Source: an uncultured virus (IMG/VR IMGVR_UViG_3300035698_035306)
Lineage: Duplodnaviria; Heunggongvirae; Uroviricota; Caudoviricetes
DNA: 64,000 bases
Virus record (IMG/VR): IMGVR_UViG_3300035698_035306
Direction: 5' to 3' (one strand)
The notes below the pieces were generated by a model, which did no database searches, was not told the DNA's origin, and saw nothing but the letters and a program-made list of their open reading frames with translations. This document shows, piece after piece, positions 35,316 to 49,400 of this stretch (positions are counted from its first letter, which is position 1; every line of letters begins with the position of its first letter). The position numbers and the translations under genes are program-made.

Positions 35316-35797
35316 TAGATTATCTCGTAATTTTTAGCTTTCTTAATTATAGTAGCTAGAGCATTGAATGATTTTTCAAATTCTCTATTGTTATTTACAT
35401 CTAAGATTGTAATAGTTTCATCAATAACTTTTCTTACTAACCAAATTGTAGCAGGTTTAGTCCAACTGTAATTTTCGTAAGTCTTAATTATCTTACCATC
35501 TTTAATTTTTTTCTTCAAATTATTAATAGTACCTTGAAATGCTTTAACTTTCTTTTCTTCTTTCTCTTGTAACAGTTCAGCAACAACGTGCTCACCTGAA
35601 AGTTCAGCTGTAGCAGTGTAAATGACTAAGTTATGATTATGTCTACCTTTAGAATTTAAAGTGCTTACTGCTGCACCTTTCTGGGCCCATACGTTTTTAT
35701 TATACCCACCTACAAATTCACCAGAGTCAGTATTCTTTACTCTGTAAAATTCTTTTTTGTCAATTTTATTTCCTGTTGTTTCTTTATCGTTGTCCAT
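35315..35797 (-). CDS. hypothetical protein
   Basis: ORF track; TACTTTAG promoter upstream. Confidence 0.65.
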   Translation of the reverse strand: MDNDKETTGNKIDKKEFYRVKNTDSGEFVGGYNKNVWAQKGAAVSTLNSKGRHNHNLVIYTATAELSGEHVVAELLQEKEEKKVKAFQGTINNLKKKIKDGKIIKTYENYSWTKPATIWLVRKVIDETITILDVNNNREFEKSFNALATIIKKAKNYEII

Positions 35798-35908
35798 TAT
35801 ATTATTTTAATTACAATACTAAAGTACCAAATATCCATCAGAACCCAAAGTTTTTTTAAATGTTTACTAAAATTTGACTGATATATAATAAAAATAAGAA
35901 TAGTGTAA

Positions 35909-37216
35909 ATGAAAAAATACGTAAAAAATCTAAACGAATTTCTTAGCGAAGACTTAAATAAACACGACGTCGGTGATGTTCCTTTAAATGAAGCATTCCA
36001 AAGTGGTATATTATCTACTCTAGCTAAGCAGAGAGCAGTATTACAACAAATTCAAGCATTGTCTGGAAAAGGAATTGACCTTTTTAATATCCAAGATGCA
36101 ATGATAACTAGAGTACAAGGTAAAGAAGCTTGGAAATACAAACAAGATAATTTTATTAAATTCTGGTTCCAAGGCGATAAGTTCGCTATGACTACTGTAG
36201 GTAATAAAAGAATTGATAGATGGTTAAGTCCAACAAGAAGTAAATGGGCCAGAGAAGGTGCAAACGAATTTCAAAACTGGACAGGTAAAGATTTAAAGAA
36301 TCTTTCACATGCTTTAGTTATTGACTTAAATCAATTACCTAAAAAGAATGCAGTTAAGATTGCAAGAAAAGCTGCAAGTGCTGGAATGGTTGCTAGTAAT
36401 AGTGAAATTAAGAAAGCAAATCTCGAAAGATATCGTAAGACATTAGCAGACCAACAATTCTCTGATGGTAGTGAATTAGACCTTATCGTTAATGCAACGA
36501 AACATGTACAAAAACTTGTTGATACATTTTCTCCATTAGCTGTTGTTACAAATCCACCGTCAGACAGCTTCTATTATAGTTACGTAAAAGACTATGCTAA
36601 GAAATTATTAGAGTATATTAAAGCAATTGAAGAATCTTCATATGATATTGACAAAGTAATTAATAATGAATGGGGTAGAGCTATTCCAATTAAAGGTGAA
36701 CTTAAGAAAATTCTTCAAAGTGTTAAAGATTACAACTCACAATATATGAACCGTGAAAATGGTGCAGATAAAATCCTTAAATTAATCTCAGCAGAAGGGC
36801 GTTGGAGTGATTTTAAAACTTGGTTAATTGCAAACACTAAACCAGAATTTGCACAAGTTATTGAAGGTGTAGAAGATTTAAACGCTTGGGCTAATAAAAA
36901 TGTACCAAACATTATATCATCACTTAAATTTACATCAATTGTAGAACTTGAGATGTTTGCTGATATCATGTATAATATTGGTAGAGACTTTAGTGACCTT
37001 AATAGATTCTTATATGGACTTAACTTCATGCATGATAGATGGGTAGAAGCTGGAAGAACAGAAGCTACTGTAGAAGATGTAGTTGGTGAAACAACAGAAG
37101 AATATCCAATCGAAAGAGAGTTAACTAACTATAATGGAACTAAGAAGCTTATGTCTTCAACAGATATCCTTAAAAGAAAACTACAAGCACTTCAGAAGAT
37201 TACATACACATCGTAA
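35909..37216 (+). CDS. putative internal head protein (MKKYVKNLNEFLSE...LNEAFQS)
   Basis: N-terminal motif; ATATATAA upstream; EAFQS shared with the 44213 ORF. Confidence 0.65.
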   Translation: MKKYVKNLNEFLSEDLNKHDVGDVPLNEAFQSGILSTLAKQRAVLQQIQALSGKGIDLFNIQDAMITRVQGKEAWKYKQDNFIKFWFQGDKFAMTTVGNKRIDRWLSPTRSKWAREGANEFQNWTGKDLKNLSHALVIDLNQLPKKNAVKIARKAASAGMVASNSEIKKANLERYRKTLADQQFSDGSELDLIVNATKHVQKLVDTFSPLAVVTNPPSDSFYYSYVKDYAKKLLEYIKAIEESSYDIDKVINNEWGRAIPIKGELKKILQSVKDYNSQYMNRENGADKILKLISAEGRWSDFKTWLIANTKPEFAQVIEGVEDLNAWANKNVPNIISSLKFTSIVELEMFADIMYNIGRDFSDLNRFLYGLNFMHDRWVEAGRTEATVEDVVGETTEEYPIERELTNYNGTKKLMSSTDILKRKLQALQKITYTS

Positions 37217-37236
37217 TAATAAAAAGTACAGACCAT

Positions 37237-37263
37237 AAAAAAGGAGAGCAATTGCTCTCCTTT
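37237..37263. terminator. bidirectional terminator
   Basis: AAAAAAGGAGAGC-AATT-GCTCTCCTTT between convergent genes. Confidence 0.85.
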
Positions 37264-37278
37264 AGTGGGATTAAATCC

Positions 37279-37599
37279 CTATTTAATAAAAGGATTGTTC
37301 TGTTCTATAAGTGTCGTAAAATTCCTTTCTGTACTCTCACAGAGAGCCTGGAAATTTTCAACGTCACTAGATTCTAAATCGAACCATTCATTTCGCACGC
37401 GTTTTGTTGCAAAATGCCGATGAAGAAAACTCTCCACCTTTCTACCATGTTTGCTTTCGAAAACTTTTAATATTGTTAGCTCTCCCGGGTTTGACGTCGC
37501 TAATTCCTTTAATCGTTTTTCTGGTGCTCGTTTGGTATAACCGATTTTATAATTTATCTCTCCATTGAAATAACATTCAATTAAATAAATTCGATTCAT
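37279..37599 (-). CDS. T5orf172/MUG113-type GIY-YIG protein
   Basis: IYLI...YKIGYT...RLKEL...E--LH...EWF. Confidence 0.85.
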   Translation of the reverse strand: MNRIYLIECYFNGEINYKIGYTKRAPEKRLKELATSNPGELTILKVFESKHGRKVESFLHRHFATKRVRNEWFDLESSDVENFQALCESTERNFTTLIEQNNPFIK

Positions 37600-37728
37600 T
37601 GTTTATTGCTTTTAATATATATCTTCCTTTCAAGCTATAATCTTCACTAGTTGCGATATAAACATATATTATAGTATGTCATTAAACCCTAAAAAACCGG
37701 ACGATGAGCCCGGTTGTAATTAGTATTT

Positions 37729-38527
37729 TTATGAGAATTGATTGTATAGCCAATCTGCTGCGTCAATTGTATCGTAGTCTTCTCCAGATTTCTTGTTAAT
37801 CCAATCTAATGTCCCGTCATTGTTGTTAATGAAGTCCATCAGCATATCCATAGATTCTGATTCGTCATAGTCTTTCAATCTCATTGATTTAATTTCTTTC
37901 TTCAATGTTTTCATTGACCAGATACCCTTTTTACTAACTTTAATAGGATTTCCTTTTTTATCGAACTGACCTTCATGTTCAGTAGGGTCAACATTCGATA
38001 ATTGATATAAACCAAAATCTTTCGTCATAAGAGTTTCAGGCTTTGGCATACCATCTATAAATATCTTCAAACCATAATCAAAATCATATTCTAAAAATTG
38101 AATTAACTTAAATTTCTTCCAACTTGACCATGTGTCTTTTTTAAGCCAATATGATTTGCCCTTTTTTAATTGTTTTCTTGCTTCAACTTTATCCATTGCA
38201 AGGGAAAGAAATGGCTTTACTTTAGCTTCATTTAAACTTTCTTGAAAGTCTTCAAATAACATAACATGTTCTTTCATATTACTTAATTTTTTTAGTATTT
38301 ATTACAACTGTAGCTACAGGGAAATTACTCTTGTCAATAGCTTTTCCTATAGTATCATATAATGCAGCAAGTTCGTCTTCAGACGCAAATTTATGGCCAT
38401 TCTTTATTGTAATTCCAATTCTACCTTGCTTTGTTGTAAAACTAACATCATAGTCGTTCTTAGCTTCATTTACTTCAGCAGCTGATTCATCTGCATGAAA
38501 TTCTTCAAAGGTTTTAATATTTTCCAT
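37729..38527 (-). CDS. two putative internal head proteins (37729-38277, 38279-38527)
   Basis: MKEHVMLFEDFQESLNE; MENIKTFEEF...VNE. Confidence 0.65.
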
Positions 38528-38574
38528 TATTCTAGAGTTTTTATTTGTTTATATATCCCTAGAATGAAATGAAT

Positions 38575-39546
38575 TTAACCTTCGCCCACATCTTTCTGTT
38601 TGTAACCTTTAATTTGTAGGTTCCCATCAGAGTCTTTTAAAATGAACTTCTTTAATCTACTTATCATGAAGTCTACTTTGTCTTCCTCCCAAGGAATTTC
38701 AATATACTTAGGATTCTGTAAGTAACGTACAAATCTAGCAGATATTTCGTGGTAGTGTTTAAAGATGATAATATCACAGTCTATATAGACGACGTGGCCA
38801 GAGAACTCGTTATGGATATTTCTCATCATCATTGTAGTATGTTGATTTATCTTCTTAGCTACAAGCTCTCTAGACCTTAAGTAAGCTTTATCACTTCCTA
38901 ATACTCCATAAGCCATGTTCAACCAAATCTTAATAAAGGAATTAAGTTTCTGTAAATATTCAAAACCACTTTCGTGTGCCATTCGTTTTACTTCTTTGCG
39001 TGCATACATCATCATGTGATAAATCTTACCAAATTGAGGTAAGTTAAATTCAGGTTCTTCTTTATCAATAATATATTTTAATGAATTTGGGTATAATGAA
39101 TTAAATTCAATTCGAGTAGTGTTTGTCAACCAAATATCTTTGAAGCTCTCATTCAGTTTAATATAAGCACCCATCGAACTATTATCATCACCATAAGGTG
39201 GGTAGAACCCAGGAACTTTAACGCCTGGAGGAGCTAAATCAAAATCGTATGAATTGTTTTCTAAGATATTAAAGACCATTGTAAGTAAGTCCCAAACTGC
39301 TAATGGCATACGTGGTGCACCATTCTTATGAGTAGCCTCGTCAAGATAAAACCAATTTTGGTATTTGTCAAGCAAAGTATTTAAAATCGTAGGGTAATGT
39401 AACTCCTTTAAGTTATTATCTAAATCTTCTAGTTTGAGTTCTGAAACAATCTGAATAGCTGTTTCTTCTAATTTGTGAGTATACACATCACGTGATACAT
39501 CTTCGTGTGACAACGGGTGTTGTCCACTTAAGTTTACTGTTATCAT
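38575..39546 (-). CDS. short, degenerate family B DNA polymerase palm domain protein
   Basis: EFNSLYPN (motif A), KIWLNMAYG (motif B), YIDCD (motif C), IKG. Confidence 0.75.
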   Translation of the reverse strand: MITVNLSGQHPLSHEDVSRDVYTHKLEETAIQIVSELKLEDLDNNLKELHYPTILNTLLDKYQNWFYLDEATHKNGAPRMPLAVWDLLTMVFNILENNSYDFDLAPPGVKVPGFYPPYGDDNSSMGAYIKLNESFKDIWLTNTTRIEFNSLYPNSLKYIIDKEEPEFNLPQFGKIYHMMMYARKEVKRMAHESGFEYLQKLNSFIKIWLNMAYGVLGSDKAYLRSRELVAKKINQHTTMMMRNIHNEFSGHVVYIDCDIIIFKHYHEISARFVRYLQNPKYIEIPWEEDKVDFMISRLKKFILKDSDGNLQIKGYKQKDVGEG

Positions 39547-39629
39547 TTGAAATTATCTTTTTTAAGGTGTTGAAGTTATCTCCACCATTGTTAATACTTA
39601 AGTGTATTACATGATAATTTCAAATTGTT

Positions 39630-40336
39630 TCAGAATTTAGTTTGAGATTGAGGTGGAATTGTCGGTATATTAGTACTCTGGCCATCTTCTGCAGCTGCTT
39701 GTAAAGCTTTTGTTTTTTCCGCAAATCTTCTCCACTTTCTACTAATTCTACCCCAGATATAAAACATTGCAAAGTAAGCACTCCATAATATTGTTAATCC
39801 ACCTAACTGAGCAACATACCACATAGGTTCTGTCGCGTTTCCGTATAAAGCCATCAGCGCTGTTACAATTATGTAGACTCCAGTTGCTTTATACATATTT
39901 TTTAAAAAGTTTCTGCTTCTTTGGTTCATGCTGTTTCAAATTGTTTAGTAAATGAGTACCTTGCTTTGCCTTCTGCAATGCCTTCTAATATACATTCATT
40001 CTTACATGTAATATTATCTAAAAATAATTGACCATGTGAACGTTTAGTTTCTCCTAAGTGTTCATACTCAGTGTAGTATAAAACCATTACATACCAACCA
40101 TAATGCCAATGATGATGTACTGTGTCAATAGTAACTGTTCGTTTTTCCTCGTTATCAAATAACTTTGCACCTTCCCACTCATGTCCATATTGTCTGCCAC
40201 CATCTGGAAATAAATCTTCAAACAATGGATAAATTACTTCACCTGCAAGTTCATTCCTTGCTTTCCGAGCAGCTCGTATTCTCATGTATAAGTCGTGGTT
40301 GAAATTGGAACTGATAATATCTTTATCTTCTAACAT
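39630..40336 (-). CDS. two hypothetical proteins (39630-39929 membrane protein; 39926-40336)
   Basis: ORF track. Confidence 0.6.
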
Positions 40337-40439
40337 ATGATATGATTTAATGTAAGTCTAAAGTAACAAGAATAATTCAGGACCCAAAGTAAAACCCCAA
40401 AAAGCTCACCGAAGTGAGCTGTATGTTATTGAGAGCTAA

Positions 40440-43400
40440 TTACTTAGCCTTTATTTCTCTTATTGCTTTCGACATTTCTTTCTCCATTGCTACTTTGATA
40501 GCTGGTGATAAGAAGCTTCCTGCCTTGTCTAGTTCTTTCTGGGCATCAATTCTAAACTTTGCAATCAGTTTAATTAGTCCTGCTGCTGCTTTATCTGGGT
40601 CGCCGTGTTCATAGTCTTTATAACTTGGGCCTATATATTTCCTTAAATCAATGCTCTCATTGAGGTCATGAAATTCTTCGAATGTTTTTATATTTTCCAT
40701 AGCTTATAAGAATTTTCCAATTTTACTCTTACTCTCTAACTTTGCAATTTGTTCCCAAATTTTAACTTCTTCTTTCCACGCGCCATCTTCATCTTCAGCA
40801 TCTTTTAAATATTCAACAAGATTTGATAGATGGTCATTTACTCCATAATACGCGTCTTTGATTCCTGTTATGATTTCAGGATATGTATCATTCAAAGAAA
40901 GTATCTGTTCTTTATCAATACCTTCATTTACAAACTCATTAAAGTTCTTTACTATATTTCCCATGTTGGCTAATTTTATTTTATATATTCTTTTACTTTA
41001 CCTTTTAATACAAGTGTAGGTACTTTTTTCCAGTCCTTAATATCATTACTCATTACTGCTGAACCACCTTCTTTGTCATTGACAGCTAATGTTATATGAG
41101 GAATTTTATTTAATGTAGGATAACCTTCCACTTGAACAGCTATCGCTTTATCTGAGACACCTAACTTAATTACTTTAATATCTACTGTCTTGTTGATATC
41201 GTCTGCTCTATCAACTGCTTCTACTCCCTTAGCGAATGCTATCGTCATATGGTGAGCAATGGTCTTCCATTCTTCTGGAATTTTATCACCAAAAGCTGCT
41301 AACAACTTGCTTCTGCTTTTATCATCTAAGACAACTGCAGAATAATATATTTTCTTTGACTCATTTAAAAAGTCTGAATAGTTTTCGTGTATCATATTAT
41401 CTATGCCATTTATTAGCAGGACCATTATTAAAATTGTTAATCTCTTTCTCTTTCTCCCACTTCATAATAGTCTTTAAATCTTTTGGTAACTTCTTTAATG
41501 TTTCCATTGTACCATAACTAACACCTGGGATAGGACCATCTGACCATTTTGCAATCTCCTTTGTATCAAGATTTACATACATGTCATGGTATATCTCATT
41601 TTTAAATTTAGCAATAGAAGGTTTAAATTCAAATCTCCAGAAGATAATAATAGTATTGTCAAAATTCTTAGATGCTTTAATCTGAACAGTTTTATTTTTC
41701 TCAAAATAACTATTCAACCATTTACCTACAGCTTCAGTATCACTTTCATTAGGAATATCACTCTGAACTTTTTTCTTCTTAACTTTATCAGCTACATCTT
41801 TAACTGAATCTATGGAAGTAATAAATGCTTCCCATGATTTATACATCTTTGTAAATGTAGCCTTCTTAATATCAGTTGGTTTAATATCGGCTTTACCTTG
41901 CATGTTCAGTGCACGTTTATCAGTAATTGTATTTGTAATTATTTCTAACTTTCTTTTCTTTCCGCTTCCTTGCCATACGAAACGCATTTCTCTCCACTTG
42001 TCGGTTTTAGTATTCTTGTATACACAATAAACTAACTCATCGAAATAAAGGCCTTTAGCTTTTAAAGGTGTTGAAAAGAAAAAACCTTGATTCAGGCCTT
42101 TTAAACCCTTTATAAATTTGACATTTCCTTCAATTTCAGCTTTGATTTTTCGAAGGTCTAATTTTCCAACTTTAGGAATATCAAATTTCTTAGCTTCGTT
42201 AATACTAAGAAAATCGCTATATGCTTGTAGTTTAAATTCGTTCATTATTTTGATTTTTTTGCAAGTTCATCATGTACGTTCTCAAGTGTCTTTAAGAAAA
42301 TCTTCTCAGCTTTCTCAATATCTTTAACATAACCTACACTTTCTTTTTTATCAATTTCTGGGTCACTTCCCAGCATATATTTAATCTGTTGTAATTGTGC
42401 ACTGAATTTTTTCATGAATCCTTCTATCTTAATCATATCATTTTCGATAGTAACTTCTTCATTCAGGTCATGAAATTCTTCAAATGTTTTAATGTTATCC
42501 ATTATAATCCGTTTTCTTTAAGCCAGTTACTTACTGCCTGTATTGTTCTATTAAATATTACATTTCTATTATAATCTAATCCAAAAGCTTTAAAGTATTC
42601 TTTTGCATCATCATACGCATTGAAAGGTTCATCATTATTATTCTTATCTTCAATTCCTTTGATTACCTGTAAAGAGATATAAGCTGCTTCAGGACTATGC
42701 GAATTAAAGCTGTCATTGAAAAAACCATATAAAGAACCTCCTGCCAAATCTGAAAGTACTGGGCTCTTCTTTTTAATAGTGTTTGAATTAAATCTATCTT
42801 TACCAAAACTCAAATAAAATTGCATTAACAAAGCTTTATTGTCATCATACTTTATAAGCTTGTATTTCTTCAGTTCTTTGACTGTAGCTTTAATTTCCTT
42901 TGGTATCTTCAATTTCTTACCCGTTTCTGCTTCAGAATCTGCGATAGCTTTATCTATATCTGCATCAGTATACATCGATTCATTTATAAATTCATCAAAG
43001 TTTTCGAATATCTTATTCATTGAGATTAATTATTTCTTCTGAGAATTGAAAGCTTTCCATTGCCATTATAGAATTGAATGCTGTAGAAGCTTCGACGTTT
43101 CTTTTAAGAATTTCTTCTAAAGCTTTCTTATCATCTATACCGGTCATATCCATTATAGCTTTTAATACGTTTTTGTTTCCAGGCTTCTTGTACCACTTTT
43201 CTAATAAATCCATTATTGCTTCCGCAACCTTAGATTCATTCATAGACTCTGCAGCCATTATATTATCAAAAGCTTCGAACTCATCTTCACTGTCTTTAAG
43301 AATTTTTAATAAAGTCTTACCAGTAACTCCTGTTAATTCTTCAATTGCCTTTAAAGCTTTCTTATCACCAGGCTTCTTATACCATGTTTCTAAAAAGTCC

Positions 43401-46400
43401 ATTATTGCCTCAGCAACTTTAGATTCGTTCGTAGAACTGTTATCTGATTCCTTTACTTTAGCTTTCTTATGAAGGCCTTTTATAATTTCACCAACTTTCT
43501 TAAGTGGAGTTAATGTTCCTGCAGTAGTATCATCTTTATGTTCTTTCTGATACTTCATAGTCTGTTCTGCATCTGCTTCGTCTTTCTGTTCACCGAAACC
43601 GCCAGACATTTCAATTGCTGCTTGGCTTTTAATAGTTTTCCAATCTTTATTATTAGCTAACACCCAGATTGGACCATGAGGTTTATCATCATCATCTACA
43701 AATTTCTCACTAAATGTGAATTTATATAATACTCTTTTATCATCTTTGCCTTCATTGCAAAAATCTGTATAACTTTCGTGTATTTTATTCATCTGAATAT
43801 TTTATTTTACTTGTTTAACTAATGATTTAAGTCTCTTACTTAGAAGTTCATCAATACTCATTAACATATCGTCATCCTTATCTAAAGGTTTATTATCTTT
43901 CCATTCCTGGTATGCATTTACCATCTCATCCATTTCTTTAATGAATTTACCTAACTTACTCTTAGTATAATCTGCACCATAATATGATTCAGGGTTAACA
44001 TCTTCTCTATTTGTAACATCAGTAAATGGATTAACTACTCCAATTCCCTCATACTCGAATGATAAAGCTTCTTCAACTTTATGAAATTCTTCAAACGTTT
44101 TTATATTGTCCATTAGTTTTCTTTATTTTAATTTCTAGAAGCCTGCACAGTAGCGACAAAGCACAGACTTTAATAATGGTCGAAACCATAACGGTCCTTA
44201 ATCCGTATATCTTTATTCAGTTAAATCACTTACCTTCATATTAATGTGAATTGTAAGTTCGTTTCCTTTACCTGTTACAGAAGCTGCTCCTAAAATATCG
44301 TTCAGTTCTGCTACAATTACTTTCATTGATTTCTTAACTAATTTTTTACCTTTTGCACTATAACTTGCATTTACTGTAAAGCCTGCTTTCTTAGATGAAC
44401 CACCATAAGGTCTAACTTCCGTATAAGATGATAATGAATGTCGCTTTCTGTAGTCATATATTTCTAAAGCTTCTTCTTGTCTACCTAAGATTTTCTCAAT
44501 CACAGTTTTTAAAGCTTCTGTATATGGTTTTGCTGCAGCCCATCGTTTGTCAGAATCACTGAACATGTAAGACGCACCTAAATCTCTGGATTTATTATCC
44601 TTGATATATTTAACGATACCTTTAACTGTATCAACTCTACCAATTTTCTTCATGAATTTCTTAATTTCACCGGCATACTTCTTCTTAGTCTTCATTCCAC
44701 TTGCATCATAAAAAGAAATATCATATGATGGGAACCAATTTGATGTACTTGAACCATAAAGCATAGTACAATTTACCTGTGTGAATTTCTTCTTAGGGTC
44801 TGATATACAAGCACTTACGATACCTTCATGGTAGCCATTATCATTTGAATCATAATATCCACTCATTAATGAATTGTTGTTTTTATTAAAATCTAATCTA
44901 ATGTAGATATCATCACCACCATCAACACCAATTTTAATATCACCTGCTTTGAAATTTAACTTACTACCATTAAGTTCAAGTTTATTAACTTCATCTGTAA
45001 GTGTTTTTGCCATTGCAGCTATTTGTTTTCTGAATGAATTTGAATCAATTCTATCACCAGAACTTTCTGCAGCAATTGATTTGTATAATGTTAAAATACC
45101 AACATCACCTAATTTCATGCCTTTGTATAATTCAAGCTTCTCACCTTGTGTTAATGTAATAGCAGTCGGTACATAAGTTTTAGCTCCAGAAACTTTGCTT
45201 CTACTGCTTGCAGCATCATCATTAAATGCTCCGTATCTGAAAGTGTATGCTACCATACCGCCGACATTCATTTTAGCTAATAAACCAGCTAAGTCTTTTC
45301 GTTTAACACCTTTAACATTGTTAGCAATTACTTTAAATGGCTTCTTCTCATCATAATCACCTTTCTGAACTATAGCAACGATATTATCATTGATAGTGAA
45401 AATTGTAATTGTTTCAGAAGTAGCTCCTGTGTTGTTAGACATCCAACTACCGTTCTTATCAAAGTCTGCGATATCTTTCATTTTGTAGTTACCAATATAT
45501 TCACCTGCATTTCCAGTATTAGTCCACAGCTGGTGTTTCATTCCTCTATCTGTAATAGTATTCAGTGCGATGTTAGCACCATCTTTATCGGCTAACTTCT
45601 GTAACATTTGCTTTCCTTTATTATCAGACTTGCCAAAAATATCTTGTAACATCGAAGATTGAAAAGCTTCGAGTATTAAATTGTCTTGAAATGAATTAAA
45701 GCTTTCGAATATTTGATTCATATTTGTTCTTTATTTTAGTTATTGATTTATATATTGGGAATTATTTAAACAGCTTTAATATTTTGCAAATACTTGTACT
45801 AATTTTTGTCTTAATTCTTCATCAGTAATCGGCTGGTCGACAATCCAAGTACTTCCCTTTGAAACACTTTTTACCATCCAGAAACCTTTCTTATGGAACT
45901 TCAACATTGCAAATTCCTTATCAGGAGTACTAAACTGAAAATCAGGTGTCTTACTTTTACTTCCTCGTGAACCAGTACTTGCATGTACCTTACCACCAAG
46001 CTTCTTCAGCTTCTTCATATTATCATGTAAAACCATTAATGCTTTACTATCTAATACATCATTGATAGCTCCTGTTGCTGGCCATGCAATCTTAAGTTTC
46101 TTCATCTTACCTGGCATTTCACCTGCTTCAATCTTCTCAATAGTTTGATTATATTTTCCAATTGTTGTAGAGATTCTACCACCTACTTTAAAGAAGCTCA
46201 TGTTTTTACCACCACCTCGTTTATAACTAATTACCAAAGTAACTGAATAATTATCTTTACCATAACTACTCTTACTAATCTCAGCTACTTCACCTTGCAG
46301 TACTGCAGGATTCTTAGATTTAGAAGTAACATCATTTGTAGTAATTCTAATATTGTCACCCTTCTTGATTTCTTTCTTAATCTTATCAGGCTGAATTTCT

Positions 46401-49400
46401 TGACCTTCATTCAAGCTTTCTAAATCTTCTAAACTTTCTAAAAGTTCATTGTTCTTGAATTGTTCTAATGTTAAAATATATTTTTGTGTCTCCATTTAGT
46501 TTCCAGTTCTTTTTCTGATTTTCATTAATGCTGACTGTAAATCCTTTGAAATACCTTTTGCATCCATGTTAGTTAACTCATCAGCAGCATCTTTATAGAA
46601 TGTAACTGCCCATCCAAGAAGATTTTCCCACATGTCATTATCAGCATATTTCATAATCTCAATTGCATCGTCAGATTCATCTCTTGATTTTTCATTTGTC
46701 TTACCTTCTGTAACCTTTTCATTAGCTCTTGTTTGCATCAAGATATCAGCTACAGAATCTGAAGGTTCAGTATCTCCGTTTGGAATATAATGACGAAGAA
46801 TACCACCATCTGGGTCTACACCAATTTCAAATTCATCAAAGTCATTTTTATGATAATCATTTTCGCTTTTTAATTTCGACTTAATATAAATCACTGCACC
46901 ATCCCAATCATCAGGATAATCTGGCTTCTTCATTTTAATAGATGAAAAGTTCTTAGAACGTTTTAACGCCTTGAACATCTTATCTAATAATGCATTGTCT
47001 TTACTTGATTTCTCATTTATTACAGATTCATCAAATTTCCGTGCAACTAATAAATCGCTAAGGTTATCAAACCATTCACCTTTATCTTTCTTCTCACCTT
47101 CATCTTTTACGAAATACTTACCGTTTTTCTTCTGAACATATAACGTATCATAATGCCACTTGTTGTCTTCATACTCTTCAAAACCTACACTTCCTAATGT
47201 AGCTTCATCTTCAGTAGACATTTTATCAAACTTCTTAGCTTCATTGATACCATGAAATTCCTCAAATGTTTTTACTACTTTTTCCATATTCTATTTATTA
47301 TATTTTTTCTTTAAATCTTTATCATGTTTCAACCAAGCCTCAACTTTCTTTGTCAACTTAGTATCTTTATTCTTCTTTGCAAATGACTTCAACTTTGTTA
47401 TATTACTCATGTTTAAACCATATCCGAATTTACCAAGCATTCCTGCTTTACCACCACCGTGCCATCTATTACCGAAATAATATTCATCTGGCCAGTTAGC
47501 TTCAATATGACTTGTAATCTCCTCATCAAATGGCTTATAACTTATAGCGTCACCGTATGTTAATTCAGCTCCTTTAGCTTCGTTTAGATTTTCAAACAAT
47601 CCATTTATAATTGTATCAACCTTCTTCTTAGCTTTCTTATCTGATGTATAGTCATCTAAGCCGCTTAACAAAGCTTGATAAATTTTACTTCTTGTTCCTG
47701 CTTTAAATTGTTTTGCCTCAATCTTAACATCTCTGCCATCAGATAATGTCAATTCAATATAACTGGGATTCACATACTCAGAATATGTAGCATATCCTTT
47801 TGCAATAGAATTATCTAATCTTGTGAATGTCTTACCAGTAACTTGAACTTCTAATCCTTCTGATAAAAATTCTTTAAAACTTTCGTGTATTATCATATCA
47901 ATTCGCTTTTCTTTGTTTTATTTATTCTTGAAAAAATCAACTAAATATGATTTTAACTTGCTAATCTTATTTGCTGGCACATAATAATAATCATGATACA
48001 CTCCCATCTGAGTACTATTTTCCTCATCATACTTCTTACCTAAATTATCTTTTATATAACCACTGACAGTATCATACTCTGGCTTATCTAAACTTAACCA
48101 AGTTTCATTGAATGTGATATTATCAGTTAATCTCCAAACATCATATTGTACTGCACTGAATTGATTACTATCTGCTCTTCCAACAAATCCATTTCCATAA
48201 TCTAATAACTGACCTATTCTAAGCGCATCTGCTCTTATAATATAGTTCTTTCTTAAATACCACGGAAAATCTAACCAAGCACCCTTAGCGAACTTCAACT
48301 TATTTGTTGCAATCTTCTTAACCAATTCCAATGTCAATAAACTCTTATCACTCTTATATGCTTTTTTGAATTTAACACCCTTCTGAGGGTTAAATGATGT
48401 GTTCATGTAAAATACAGGAGCTTCATCTACTTGAGTTATCGCAACTAATGCAAACAAAGCTTGGTCTGCTTCAGGTATTCCATCAAAACTAAAATTACCA
48501 CCTGTCTCTGTAACTGAAACAGTAGCACCTTCCTTATTTGTATAAGTCAACTGACCAACTTTACTATCATAACCCAATGGTGTATACCCCTTAGAATTAA
48601 GTTCCTTCTTGTATTCCGTCATACCAGTATTATACTTAACCTTTTTGGCTTCATTTAATAAATATTTATTAAATTTTTCGAAATTTTCATATATTTTCAT
48701 ATTCCTCGTATTCTTTTTAGTACATCCGTCTCGCGGGTAGGGCCGGGACAGTTTTTTCGTTTTCGCAACCTGCTGGAGCAGCTGGTACTAAGCCTTCTTA
48801 TATTCCTTGTAAAAGGCAGAACTCTTAGCATCTTGCCACTTCGGTATATCTTCATACGCACTCACAATAGCTGTATAATAACCACTGTTCGTATCAATTC
48901 CATAATCTCCTGGATTGTCATAGTAATCTACAACATACTCATAAAATTCTTTAAAACCTAATTTCTCACCACTCAAATTCTTCAATTCTTTAGCCGCCGT
49001 CTTCGCATCAATCAATTCCTCAACATGGTCACTTGGATGCTTCTTCTCATTTACAAAGTCTTTATAACTTTCTGCAATTAATTTTGTCATATTATTTCTT
49101 TATTTTGTCTAATTTAATTATATCTAATACCTTCTTGTAAGGCGTAAAATACTTCTGCTCACTTCCAGTATGATTGTTTATAATCTTAATCTTCCACCCA
49201 AAATCACCAGTAGTTTTCTCAACCTCAACATGGTCATTCTTTCCATCAAACAATGTCCACTTTCCAATATTCTCCTTCACCCATTGCTCCAACTCCTTAA
49301 TCTTCGTCTTCGCATGAAAATAATATTGCTCATTGTGATTCAACTGTAATACAGTCAAAGGCTTAGAAGCCTCATTTATATGCTCCACCTCAATACTCTC

